Shown here one piece after another: positions 10,225 through 22,560 of a stretch of 64,000 nt of DNA. The notes beneath the pieces are model-generated. The model had not been told where the DNA came from. It was given only the letters and a program-made list of their open reading frames with translations, and did not search any database. This stretch comes from Octopus sinensis. Its lineage: Eukaryota. A program made the position numbers and the translations under genes. The stretch lies in the NCBI RefSeq assembly GCF_006345805.1, contig NC_043011.1, positions 10,602,001 through 10,666,000 of the forward strand, in the 5' to 3' direction. Numbering within the stretch: the stretch's first letter is position 1; each line of letters begins with the position of its first letter.

Positions 10225-10283
<59 letters not shown>

Positions 10284-10883
10284 CCCTCCACCTTACAACC
10301 GTCTCTCACAATTTTCTGATACGCCAAAACGGCGTTCTCCATATTGATTCAAAAACAGAGTTTTATATATTACATAAGTGTAGGCAGCATCTCATTTTTA
10401 ATAAACAATGCTAGCAAGATATTTGCCGATAGCAATGTTATCAAAACAAGGCAATTAGCTCTGTACTCAAAAATAACATCAATTGAAGTTCATTCGTGAA
10501 ATAACTGTTTCTCTATTGCTACTGAAACGAACAATGTATACAAAATAGCGATTACATATAAAGCTAAACTGCTAGAGTAGAGAAGAATTGTTGTTGTTGT
10601 TGTTGTTTAAGTACCAAATCAGCTCTGCTTGAACAGATTCGTGTTTAGAGATATTCCAAGTTTGACCATCTGGTGACTAGATTGTAGTCCTTTATCCAAT
10701 CACAGTACTTTTCAAAGTATACTATCCAAAATGTTCCTATTTTAATAAAGATAATCAAAGTATCATTTGAAGAAAACTTGCTTACTACTTCTAGTAGTTC
10801 GAGTGAGCTAAAAAAAAACAATCTCCTTTGGCTCTAGAGGAGAGATTTTTATAAATGGTGAGAGCCTTCAGCTTTATATAATA

Positions 10884-11392
10884 CAAGCAGTATCGCCCGG
10901 CGTTGCTCGGGTTTGTAAGGGAAATAACTATATAAGCATTTTTAGAGAGTTACTTCCCTTATAGATGCCAATTCGGGCTTTCTTAGCCATTTCTGTTTTG
11001 GTGTCTTCAAGCTATGAAGTCGTTGTTCTAAAAGAACGCTGGTCTCCTTGACAACGCTTTACGACGTTGATTTCCTTACACTCCCTTCCCCACAGCTTCA
11101 CGAGGGAGGGAAGAAGGGGGAGAAGCAAACAGGTGCAGGTGTGACCATGGACGCCAACTCCGCCGCCATCGACACGAAAAATTATGCATTAAAATGGAAT
11201 AAAAAATTATGTTAAATTATTTTTAAAATCGTAGACTCATCGTAGACGCGCGCTAATACTCAGACGGGCTCGATATGAATCACGACTATAAGATACCCGA
11301 ATTTGGTTAAACTGCACCGCAAAATGTGGGAGTAGTTAGGAATCTAAATCGAAGGGGACAGACACTCACACAACTACAGTTTTATATATATA
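10884..11392 (-). mobile_element. Non-autonomous Helitron
   Basis: Minus-strand 3' hairpin CCCGAGCAACGCCGGG followed by a degenerate CTAG (CTTG). AT-rich 5' end TATATATAAAACTGTAGTTGTGTG. Confidence 0.65.
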
Positions 11393-11504
11393 ATAATATA
11401 AAATAAGATCTTACCGGCCAAAGCTATGTCAGTGGGCCCATTAAACAACTAACAGCGCATTTGAATAAATAACGATGTCATTAAAAAATTAACGTGCCAT
11501 TAAA

Positions 11505-12180
11505 TAAATTTGGAAAATCATGGTAGAAATGTTTTATGAAATGACAGCTGGTGTTGAAAGTCAATTAGTTTCAAAACTTACGGTAAATGAGTTCTCACTT
11601 CAAATAGATGAATCAACTCTACCTGATAATTCTGCTTTTTTAATGCCATTTGTTGGGTTTCTTAATGTCAATGATTTATGTCAAGAATTGCTTTTTGCTT
11701 TGAAATTAACGACCGACACAAAAAAGGAATCCATCTTCAAAAATTTGAAGCCTATTTTGAAGAAAATAACATTCCATTGAAAAACATTTTGGCTTGCGAA
11801 ACAGATGGCGCTGCTGCTATGATAGGAAGATATCGGGGATTCAATGCTTACTTTAAAAAAGTTGTTCCTAATGTGCTTTGTGTTCACTGGGTTCTTCATT
11901 GACAGAATTTGGTTGCCAAACACATAGCAGGACGTTTGAGTGATGCACTTATAAATGTTATCGAAGCTGTCAACATGATAAAAAAAGAATGCACTGCAAG
12001 ATCGCCTCTTGAAGCAATTATGTAAAAATAACAACGAGGAATTTGAACGACTTGCGTTGCATACTGAAGTCAGATGGCTATCCAAGAGTAATTGCCTGTA
12101 TCCACTTTGTTGCACTTTGAGACACTGTAATCTCTTTTTTGAGTGAAACAGAGCTTGGAGACAAACTTGTTGAAGTAAAG
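11505..12180 (+). pseudogene. hAT (Charlie/Buster-type) transposase fragment
   Basis: FSLQIDEST, ETDGAAAMIG, decayed CxxH (WVLH), LHTEVRWLS. Frameshifts and stops present. Confidence 0.9.
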
Positions 12181-12240
12181 AATAATAATAATAATAATAA
12201 TAATAACAATAATATATATATATACATATACATATATATA

Positions 12241-12282
<42 letters not shown>

Positions 12283-12286
<4 letters not shown>

Positions 12287-12476
12287 AATGTGACCGTGTG
12301 TGTACCGTTGGCGATTTGTTTTCCTCTGTCTTCCTTTCTCTGGATCTTTCCTTCTCCTATGTTTCAGACGAAGAGCTCCGCTCGAAACGTTAAACCCTCT
12401 TTCTTTCCTTCTTTCCTGAGGGTCCAATAATACTCGCGTTGTTGTGTTTTTTTGTGCTTTCTTGTTTGGATTAACT
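12283..12476 (+). mobile_element. Family B HHR repeat; HHR at 12361-12395 (U4A)
   Basis: GTTT-CAGACGA-A-GAGC tcc GCTC-GAAA-C-GTT|AAAC, with (TA)n on both flanks. Confidence 0.75.
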
Positions 12477-12505
12477 ATATATATATATATATATATATAT
12501 TATTT

Positions 12506-13152
12506 AACAATTAATTATCAGGTAGATAGCGTGAAAAGACTAAATTCCTTTTTAAATGTCTTGCTTTGGAAAAACTGCATTGGGTATGATTAGTAAAATT
12601 TTTTGGTAGAAATGACTAATGTCCCTCTTAGCGTGTGACATGTATGTGTAATAATGCCCTCTATATATAAATTAATATGTTCAATAAGAAAGAATTATTT
12701 TCGAAATTTTTCTCCTATGAGGTTTTTCACGCTATCTATCTGATAATTTCTTGTTAAGATTCCTTATTAAGAAGTTATCCTTAATTGTTAAATAATTTTA
12801 TTCCGAAAAAACTTTTCCTATCCGAAATGCAATTCGAAGAAGCCTGCCATTTACCGGATGTATTATATGTAAACTTCCCCATGTGCGTCGTTGGGGTTGA
12901 ACAGATAGCTGTTCGGCTTTGACGGTACAGGTTCGTTTATTTATGATATGTTCAGAATCAGTCTTGCTGATGAGTACGGTCGAATCTGCGATAAGTACGA
13001 AATCACAGGTGATACAAGACTAAATTCCTTTTTTTAAATGTCTTGCTTTGGAAAAATTGCATTGGGTATGATTAGTAAAATTTTTTGGTAGAAATGACTA
13101 ATGTCCCTCTTAGCGTGTGGCATGTATGTGTAATAATGCCCTCTATATATAA

Positions 13153-13154
<2 letters not shown>
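12506..13154 (+). mobile_element. Non-LTR retrozyme-like element: 31-bp inverted leader + 480-bp monomer + ~137-bp repeat of the monomer start
   Basis: 12536-12672 repeats at 13016-13154. 12506-12535 is the reverse complement of about 12724-12754. Flanked by (TA)n, no ORF. Confidence 0.8.
12960..13021 (+). ncRNA. Intact canonical type I hammerhead (family G), AUA cleavage after 13014
   Basis: AGTCTTG-CTGATGA-GTAC g GTCG aatctg CGAT aa GTAC-GAAA-TCAC ag GTGA-TA|CAAGACT. Perfect 7-bp stem I. Confidence 0.9.
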
Positions 13155-13234
<80 letters not shown>

Positions 13235-13380
13235 TGGGTTAAGTTAGAGGTTATAACAACCGTCTAAAGGATATTTGTATCCAATGAATCAACTGGTGTA
13301 TTACCCATGTGTGATTATGAGTATTGGTATTAAGGCTCATAAATGATAGGTAATGACAAGAATAAACCTAAGTTTATATT

Positions 13381-13595
13381 TAAGGAAAAGAGAAAATGGA
13401 GATAAAATTGATGATTCATAATTGATGAACATCCATTATCATTTATTGATTATAAAAAGACAAATTCTCATCTGACAACTGTTTCAGTGTGCGCCAACAG
13501 AAACAGCAGTCAGATTTTGTCTCAATAACAAAAATTATAATGGATGTTCATCAATTATCAATCGTCAATTTTACCTCCATTTTCTGTTTTCCTTA
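13381..13595. mobile_element. Fold-back MITE-like element with TA ends
   Basis: TAAGGAAAAGAGAAAATGGAG...CTCCATTTTCTGTTTTCCTTA. Arms ~100 bp; no HHR found. Confidence 0.7.
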
Positions 13596-13613
13596 TAGAT
13601 ACATACATATATA

Positions 13614-13674
<61 letters not shown>

Positions 13675-14649
13675 GATACACACGAATACATAAAAATATA
13701 TCTGTATGCATAAACATAACTTAGGTTGTTTGTTTACATAAAATGTATAGCATTTGTCTTGTATATGTATAAACTTGAATATGTCAACATAAATAGAAAC
13801 ATGAAGGCAGTTTATCATGGACGGATATTTTCGTAGATTACTTCAACAGTTTCAAATTCCCAGGCAGGGCTTGACTCTGTTTGGGCAAGCCTAGTAATAT
13901 TATTGGGAAGAATTTATCTCTTGTGTAAAAGTGGATATTTGATAAAAGCGGAAGAGCTGAAGAGAAAGAATATTTCAAGGAGTGTTTTGTTTATTTCACT
14001 TGATAAGAAAAGACAGAGTCAAGAAGGATATAAAGTCTGTCTAATATGATGTCTTAAGTGAAATTGTGACAGGCAAATGAATGGGGCGAAATGGAATGGG
14101 AAGAGTCCAGTTTGGAAATATTCTTGACATTTTGACTGAGAATTATACAGTTTGCCAAACCACTCTTCGTACGACAAGTTAACGAAGGAAATGTTCTAAT
14201 TAACAATATAATCAAAGCAGACGTGATTAGATAGTAATGAACACAAATGGAATTCTTCATTCTTTAAAAATCTATCGAGAAATAAACACAAATAAATCAA
14301 AGAATATTCGGTTCCTGGTAATAGATGATGGAGCCCGACTTGTATATGTATACATACATACATACATACATATATATACCTTCGAAACACGCATTGAGTC
14401 GAAACAGGGGCAGCTGAAGAAGGGGAATGTTCCTTGTGTTGTTTGTCTTGTACCCTGTTTTTTCGTTGTTAAAAAAAGTCCGGTTCCTTGTTTGTTTTAT
14501 GTTTTCGTTTCTCGTTCTGTTCTACGTTTATTTGTGGTGTCCTGTACTCATATATGCATGTATATATACATATAGATGTAGGTATATACATATATGGATG
14601 GATGTATGCATATGTTTTATTTATTAAATTGTTATTGTATATATATATA

Positions 14650-14847
14650 TATGACCTCGTGTGTACCATTGGCGACTTTTTTCCTCTGTCTTCTCTTCTC
14701 TGGATCTTTCCTTCTCCTATGTTTCCGACGAAGAGCTCCGCTCGAAACGTTAAACCCTCCTTCTTCCCTTCTTTCCTGAGCGTCCAATAATACTTTATTT
14801 GTTCCACGTCCTTGCGTTGTTGTGTTTTTCTATTTTATTGTTTGGAT

Positions 14848-14852
<5 letters not shown>
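14650..14852 (+). mobile_element. Family B HHR repeat; HHR at 14721-14755 (U4C)
   Basis: GTTT-CCGACGA-A-GAGC tcc GCTC-GAAA-C-GTT|AAAC, with (TA)n flanks. Confidence 0.75.
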
Positions 14853-14879
<27 letters not shown>

Positions 14880-15689
14880 ATGTTGTCACTTACTAATGGA
14901 AAAATATCTATATCTGCCATTTTCTGAACGAAGACCACGCATTGCTTCTTCAGTTTATAGAACAACACAACTTCATGGTCAACAGTAAAATGCCAATGAT
15001 AGGAAGAACTTCAGCTAAAATTGATATGTGAACAATTCACACACATATACGCACACGCGCACACGCACGCACGCGCACACACACACACACACACACACAT
15101 AAAGAGAATTATTCTAAATATTCAATTATCTCTGTGCCTAATGACTGTAAAGCGAATGGGCTACACAAAACAACAACAACTACTACTACTACTATTACTA
15201 CTACTACTACTACTACCACTACCACCACCACCACCACTGCTGCTACTGCTGCGACTCTTACTATAACTTATAATTCATATATTTTAATAGGGTTGAACTC
15301 ATTATTGCTTCTATTTTGTTGTCGCTTCTTGGTGAAACCGATTTGGGATGAAGATGAACTAATTATTATGTTCATTAAATCAATAAAAATTCTAAATTAT
15401 AATTAGGAATGAAAATTGAACTCAAAGTTCAAAGATATTGTATTAAATAACAAGAAATTCTTTGCCAGTCCTGAAGCTGTAAGTTACCAATTGTTTCTTT
15501 GTGTTTGATTACATTGTCACAGTTCAAAACTCCACTAGTAACACACACACACGCGCGCAAACGTGTATATATATATATATGCGTGTGTGTATGTATGTGT
15601 GTGCGCGCGTGTGTAGTCAGTCAATCATAAATCCGAAAAAGAAGCACTGTAAGTTATACAACAGTAGAGTATATAGATAAAGATAGATA

Positions 15690-16200
15690 TGGCCTGCCGA
15701 TGGGGTTACCCTGTGTTTCACACCCATCGAGCGCTTAGCTTTACAGCGTTTCTTCAGACCTTTCAGACCCCATGGTCTTTTTAGCAAGTGGCCTCTCTAG
15801 AAAATGAAGGAGGAAAAGACTTCGTTACTTCGTCAACAAAAAGGGATTGTCTCTTCTGACCGCTATTAGTTGACCATGTTGGTTTGTGAATCCCAGGGCA
15901 ATAGCAGGAATTTTTTGATGTATAAGCAGCATACGAAGGCCTCCGTCCTGGAGTTAAGGATGTTCCCGGGTCGAGGGAGTCCTGTGATATCCTCATCCGG
16001 TTGGCTATGCACAGTTTACAACGCTCGAACCCATTTATATAGGGGCCTGGATTTTCTAGGGTCTTCCATGATATTACGTGTGAAGTTCTTTCAGCCACCA
16101 TACATGGCTGGCTAAGGACGTAGCGTATCTCCTTTCTGGAATTCTGAAAGAGGATCTGTGGTTGGAGAGGCGCTGTTTGAACGTGTTACCGGCACCAACA
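15690..16200 (-). mobile_element. Penelope-like element 3' end: GIY-YIG C-terminus + pLTR with HHR (15700-15773, family C)
   Basis: NTFKQRLSNHRSSF..RYATSLASHVW.LK / ISWKTL..Y.NG..RCKLC / ILNSRTE. HHR ATGGGGT-[dup]-CTGAAGA-A-ACGC..GTGT-GAAA-C acagg G-TA|ACCCCAT. Confidence 0.75.
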
Positions 16201-16394
16201 ACAACAGTAGCAGTAGCTTCAACAGAAACAGAAACAAAATCACCAACACCTGCACACGGTGGCACATCGGACGTTCCGGTTGCTGGTGGAGGGCAATGCG
16301 ACGAGGCTTTTTGAATTAAGAGAGCTCCCGCTGTTTTCCAATATATGGTTGAGTCGGTGGGATGGTTGAACTGTCGAAGCACCCGGCTGTGTGC

Positions 16395-17480
16395 ACATAA
16401 GAATCTCAGATGGAGAAATTTTGGAATGTCTTACAAATCTTCACTGTGCTACTAATAGACTTGATTTGTCAGTTCTTTTTGCTCTTTTTCCATATAACCG
16501 AATATTTCTAAGGTTTTGAGCAAATGTGTTGGTACATAACATAATGCATCCATGGTGATAGGTACAAATGAGGATTCATAATCACGGTACAAGAGCCGTA
16601 AGTTCTGCATTAATCCGCCAGATGTCTTTCTCCTAGACTTTTCAACGAACATTCACATCTGCTGGGCAGCTGTCCTCTGCATGACTCTTGTTCCCTGTGT
16701 CACAGAGAAATATCAGGTTTGTTACGTTTGCACCGCACTGATGCTTTTATCGGGGTGTTCCACCATAAATCTTATTCCTTGTTTTTAAAGGTGTGGATAC
16801 CTTCTGGTTCTGACATGTCTTTAATGTATACGTCAGGGTAATCATTCCAGCAGATAGCATTGTAAATAGCCTTTGCAACTAGATCAGGCCTCAGGGGTAA
16901 GCAGTAGACATTTTGGGGTAGCTGTTGATGATGTGGTCGATATCTTCCACACTGGTATAGCAGAGCCGACATCTTTTATCACAACGTGGAGGTTTGATGA
17001 TATCTTTGTCTCTCGCTATCCTGTTCCTGGATAGCGATGGCATATCGTTCTAGATGGGATGTAATATATTTATCACAAGTCCAGGAGAGGTTACTCTTCC
17101 TGTCAATACTGCTGATGTCTTCTATCTTGTGGGATATGTACCCAAGCATTGCTTTTTGTGGGCATAATACCTGCTTCTTTTCCAAGCTTATGTTTAGGTA
17201 GGTCAGCCCAGTCCCCTTTGGGTTGCATGAGACAGTTATATTCTCAGAGTACATGCACAGTAATTCTCCAATTCTGTAGATGTTGCCTTCACTTTTGGGC
17301 ATGCATAGACTGTATTAATTTCTTTCTCTATTGTTCAGCAGGTGATGTCTACGAGATACAATGCACATTCAAAGGCTGTTTAGACTGTCATCTCTTCGTC
17401 TCACATAAATCTTATTAGTGTCGCTGTTAATGTAGAAGTTACCAGTGGTGGTCGGTACCGTACTGATTTTGATGTCCAGA
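16395..17480 (-). mobile_element. Decayed RLE non-LTR retrotransposon (R4/NeSL-like, third subfamily)
   Basis: KIYVRRR, CRLCYTSVEDIDHI, R(H)DLVAKAIY, WWNTPI..RNKPDI, CPADVNV, FVPITM(G)AL. Confidence 0.8.
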
Positions 17481-18063
17481 TGCGTATCTCATCACGTGAA
17501 TGTACGTTATAAGAGAAAAAGAGAGGGGAGAGAGAAAGAGAGGGAGGGAGAAAGAGAGAAATATATGTTATCTTCATCTATGAACCAGCGTTACATAGGC
17601 GGCAGTCTTATCTCCGGAAATATCGCTGTCGATAAACAACAATACAAGATTAATTCCCTGCAACACAGAGTGAAACAGATAAATCTTCAATAACAATAAA
17701 TTAGATTCCTTTTAGAATCTATTTCTCTTTATTTTCTATGAATTTTGTTGACATTTGCTTCGCTTTATAATGTTACGACTAAGTATTATTGGGGTGTGAT
17801 AAGCAACTTTGACATCTTCCAGCAGCTGTCATTAAGTAAAATCTGTGTCTTTCAGAGAGATTTGAAAAATCATGCAAGGACTTTTTAGACGGTACGAAGA
17901 TTCGGCGCCACCATTAGAAACTGCAATCAGTTAACAAGTTTCTTGATTACCAAAGTTGTTAAAACGGAAAGAGAAAGCAACTTTAAGAACAACAGTAGCA
18001 ACAACATCTACAACAACAACAATGTTTGTCATGTTTGTCCGTTTTCTGTGAAAACGGGAGAGA

Positions 18064-18081
18064 TTAGGGTTAGGGTTAGGG
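18064..18081 (+). repeat. (TTAGGG)3 interstitial telomere-like motif
   Basis: Direct reading. Confidence 0.8.
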
Positions 18082-18897
18082 AGAGATTATATCCAAGGTA
18101 ATGGAACGACGCAAACAGGAGATAGGTTATAAGGAATTTGGTAGAATTTTATTGTAAACAATGTTTAGGTACATGACAACAGCACTTCTGTTGCAACTAA
18201 GTAGCTTTGTTTTCGCAATCATACAACTAAATGTGCATCGAATATTGCAGTCGTGTGTCGAATATCCACAGAGATACAGAATAAACTGAGTCCAATTACG
18301 GTATCGATGACAATTTTATCGATTTTTGTATTGAATAAGTAGAGGAGAGGAAATAGATTTGTTGGAAATATCATCTTGTAACATTCCTACGTTTTCAAAG
18401 TTCTATAAGGTGACATAAATTTTGCTGGAGAATTTCTTACAGTATTTAGTTGTGTTACTTTACTTTCTGAGTTCGAATTCTAATGAAGTCACTTCCATCC
18501 TGCAAGAAATTGTCTTTGTTTTTCATTGTTTTAACGTCGATAAAATAATTATTTTAGTCAACATAATCCTGCCAATGCATCTATGGTATTTAGTTTAAAC
18601 TTGATTTACTTTCTTCAGAGTGTGATAGACTTTTGACCAACACCGTCAGTTCCATAGTTTGGCACTGAGCACGTTCTGTCGGCGTTGAACACTGAGTGCG
18701 TCTTCAAAGAGACGATTCACTGCAAATCGTGTTGAACGGGAGGCGGAGAAGCGAACTTTCTCCTATCTTGTTTGATGAAACACCGACTTGAACTTTCAAT
18801 AGTCACTAAAGTCATATCTATTCCCTGCTTACCACACCCAAACACCCTCATCTTCATACCACCACTACTGCTGCTGCTGCTACCACTACTACTACTA

Positions 18898-18957
<60 letters not shown>

Positions 18958-19457
18958 ACAGGCTTCAACGTTTCATTTAATACAATAAAAATGGTGGATG
19001 CAGTGGATACATCTGTTCGCTGGCATCATCATCATCGCAGTTATCACAATTAAAGCTATTAGTAACACTATCACCGCCGCCACCCTCACCACCGCAACCC
19101 TTACTAATACCCCTACTCCTCCACCATTACGCATCTATGATATGATCTCTCAATGTGTGAAATACCAGATAATCGTGTCGGCTGCTAAAATGGTGGATTG
19201 CAAGCAAACGTCAGCCATGAATATTAGGAGATAACAAAAGTTGGTTGAATCACAGGATATCTGCATATTAAAGGTAGACGACGCTTTATACTTGGTGTGT
19301 GTGTGTGTACATGCGTGTGCGCGTGCGAGTATGTGTGAGCGTGTGAGTGTGTCTTCGAGCTTGTTATGAGAGTCTGTTTATGTGTGTATATACATGTGTA
19401 TGTGTGTATGTGTGTATATATGTGTGTATATATGTGTGTATATGCATATATATATAT

Positions 19458-19514
<57 letters not shown>

Positions 19515-19774
19515 TATACTGTCTATATATGCATATGCACATATAAACGCACAAATAGACACAGTCACACAGAAACACACACACACTCACATACATACAT
19601 ATATACAAACATACATACATACGTACATACATACACGTTTCTATTTTATGATAACCACATTTTCTGATAACAGTGTGTATAAAATAATCGAGAATTTTAA
19701 CTGCTGCCTTTCCCACTGTTAAACACTCTTAAGGTGATAAATTCAAGCTTAAGACCATGTTTATATACGTACAT

Positions 19775-19810
<36 letters not shown>

Positions 19811-20255
19811 TACAAAATGTACTTTCCTGCTACTCTGAGCAATTTTTTATTTCCAAAAAAGTATTTGTAAATAAGCTATTATACTCACGAGACAAACGTA
19901 ATAGGTGATCAGCAGAATTTTGCCATCGCAACCTCACGAGAAGGGTAAAGGTCAAACAACTTGATGATTGCTTTCTTCTGTTAAAGAAAATTTGCCAATA
20001 AATGTTTCAGCTTTTACATTTTTGCAGTCCATATCCGTGGTCTTTTCGGGTAAATTTTTCGATGTGGTCGATACTGTGACACACAGGCATACGCACACAC
20101 ACACACATATACACACACACACATACACACACACACACACACATACACACACACATACACACGCACGCACACAGGTTGTCATAGTTATTCTGAAAGTCCG
20201 TCGTCAGCTATTTACTAATCTCTGTTAAAATTGGCCGTCAGTAATAGGAAAGTAC

Positions 20256-20259
<4 letters not shown>

Positions 20260-20338
<79 letters not shown>

Positions 20339-20411
20339 TGTTTGTGTGTGGTGTGTGTGTGTGTGTGTATGTGTGTGTGTGTGTGTTTGTGTGTGTGTGT
20401 ATGTGTGTGTT

Positions 20412-20446
<35 letters not shown>

Positions 20447-20611
20447 GTGTTTGTGTGTGTTTGTGTGTGTGTGTGTGTGTGCTTGTGTGTGCGTGTGTGT
20501 GTTTGTGGTGTGTGGTGTGTGTGGTGTGTGTTTGTGTGTGTGTGGTTTGTGTGTGTTTGTGTGTGTTTGTGTTTGTGTGGTGTGTGTGTGTGTGTTTGTG
20601 TGTGCGTGTGT

Positions 20612-20642
<31 letters not shown>

Positions 20643-20686
20643 TTTGTGTGTGTGTGTGTGTGTTTGTGTGTGCGTGTGTGTGTTTG

Positions 20687-20719
<33 letters not shown>

Positions 20720-20722
20720 TTG

Positions 20723-20755
<33 letters not shown>

Positions 20756-20811
20756 TTGTGTGTGCGTGTGTGTGCTTGTGTGTGTTTGTGTGTGTGTGTG
20801 TTTGTGTGTGC

Positions 20812-20853
<42 letters not shown>

Positions 20854-20858
20854 TTGTG
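20260..20858. repeat. ~600-bp degenerate (GT)n with TT interruptions
   Basis: Direct reading. Confidence 0.95.
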
Positions 20859-20989
20859 CGTATCGACCAGACTGTCGGATATTGCTATACATCGCTTTGT
20901 TTCAATACACTTTACATCGTTTTAGCTCTTTCGAATGGTACCATTCGGATTGCCGGACTAGCAGAGTCCAACACTCCTCCTGATCGGAA

Positions 20990-21125
20990 GGGTGACCCAT
21001 TTACAGCTGAATGAATTAGAACAACGTGAAATGAAGTGTTTTGCTCAAGAACACAACACGCAACCGGACTGAGAATGGAAACCTTGATCTCACAATCATG
21101 AGTGCAGCAATTCTAAACACGAGGT
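20990..21125 (-). mobile_element. CORE-SINE head fragment
   Basis: Minus strand GTGTTGTGTTCTTGAGCAAAACACTT, homologous to 4053. Confidence 0.65.
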
Positions 21126-21263
21126 TCTGAATTTCACGTTTTATTTATCTATTTACTTATTTTGTATATTTCACAATATTACTTATGACTTGTAAGTCCC
21201 TTCATAACTTCCGCAATTTTCAGGTTTATGTAGTAGCATTATATGAAGGCGCGTGGCTTAATG

Positions 21264-21294
<31 letters not shown>

Positions 21295-21339
21295 GTATGT
21301 ATGTATGTATACACAAACATGCACGTGCGTTCACATATA

Positions 21340-22560
21340 CAGGGTGCGTAAGGTATTCGAGGACATATGTTAATTTTACTATAGCAGTATATTTATCAAT
21401 AATAATATTTCCTATATTTCAGAATTATCAATGGCAGACCCAATGATTACACAAGAAATGAAGAGGCACGCAGTCATCATGGCTATAAAGGTTGAACATA
21501 GCAATTTAGAAATAGCACGATTTTTAAAAGTTGCTTGCTCCTTCGTCTACAAACTTCGCAAGGAGTTAGAGGCTAAAGACGGAACTGTATCACCAGTATC
21601 AAAACGCAAGAAACATTGTAGACGCACTGATACTATTAGAACACCAGAATCTATTCAACAAGTAAAGCTGACCGTTGATGACAATCTCAGAAGATCTATG
21701 ATGTTGATTGCAAAATAATACCATGTGTCAGAAGGAACAATCCGAAATATTATCCACAAGGATATCAGATACAAATCTTATGCGATGAACAAAGGTCATT
21801 CCATGTCAGAAACAGTGAAGGAAAATCGCTAAATCAGATCTAAAAGACTCCTGAACAAACTTAAAAACCCAGCAGAGAAAGATATTATTTGGTCAGACGA
21901 GAAAAACTTTGATCAAGATCAGAAAGTCAACAGAAAAAAATGACAGATGGCGATGTACAGACCCTTCCAAAGTTCCAAGAGTGATGCATACAAAATTTTC
22001 TGCAACTGTCACGGTTTTAGGGGGTTGTCAGCAATGAAGGACATGTGATGCCTCCTCACTTCTTTCCACAAGGTCTTCGACTAAACTCTGCTGCTATATA
22101 GATGTTCTGATTACAGTGGTTAATCGATAATGTACGCAATGGAAGACCTTATGTGTTTCAACAAGACTCGGCACCATTACACAAGGCTACAGCAACGCAG
22201 GAAAGAATGGCGGAACATTTTCATGACCACATAACCCCTAATATTTAGTCTCCTAGCTCCCAGATCTTAATCCATGGGACTACTATGTATGGAGCGTAGT
22301 TGCGAAAGAAGTTAATGAGCACCCTCATGATATCAAAGAATCCATAAAAGCCTCCACAGTCAGAGAAGAGTCCAATATGACTACAGACCACTTCATCCTA
22401 GCAAATAGGCGATTCAGACCTCGCATAGAAGCTGTTATTGAAGCTGAAGGAGACTTTATTGAATAAAATGACGAAACAATATGTTTATTGTTGTCCTGAA
22501 AACCTTTTTTCAGTAAAAAGGCGTTATTGTCTGTTTTCCAAGTCATTTTTGTGTAAGTAT
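21340..22560 (+). mobile_element. Tc1/mariner DD37D (maT-type) transposon; pseudogenised transposase at 21431-22466
   Basis: TA-CAGGGTG left end, HTH N-terminus, WSDEKNF, FQQDSAP..SPDLNPWDY with 37 residues between the second and third D, C-terminal EAEGDFIE*. Right TIR not found. Confidence 0.9.

Noticed and set aside
11681-12427. 248-aa minus-strand ORF
   Set aside because: It is antisense to the hAT fragment, microsatellites and family B repeat.
14414-14440. CTGAAGA-AGGGG possible HHR
   Set aside because: No GAAA or stem III follows.
20215-21014. Long 220-250 aa ORFs (also 3451-3937, 36938-37351, 54397-54657)
   Set aside because: They are translations of microsatellites.
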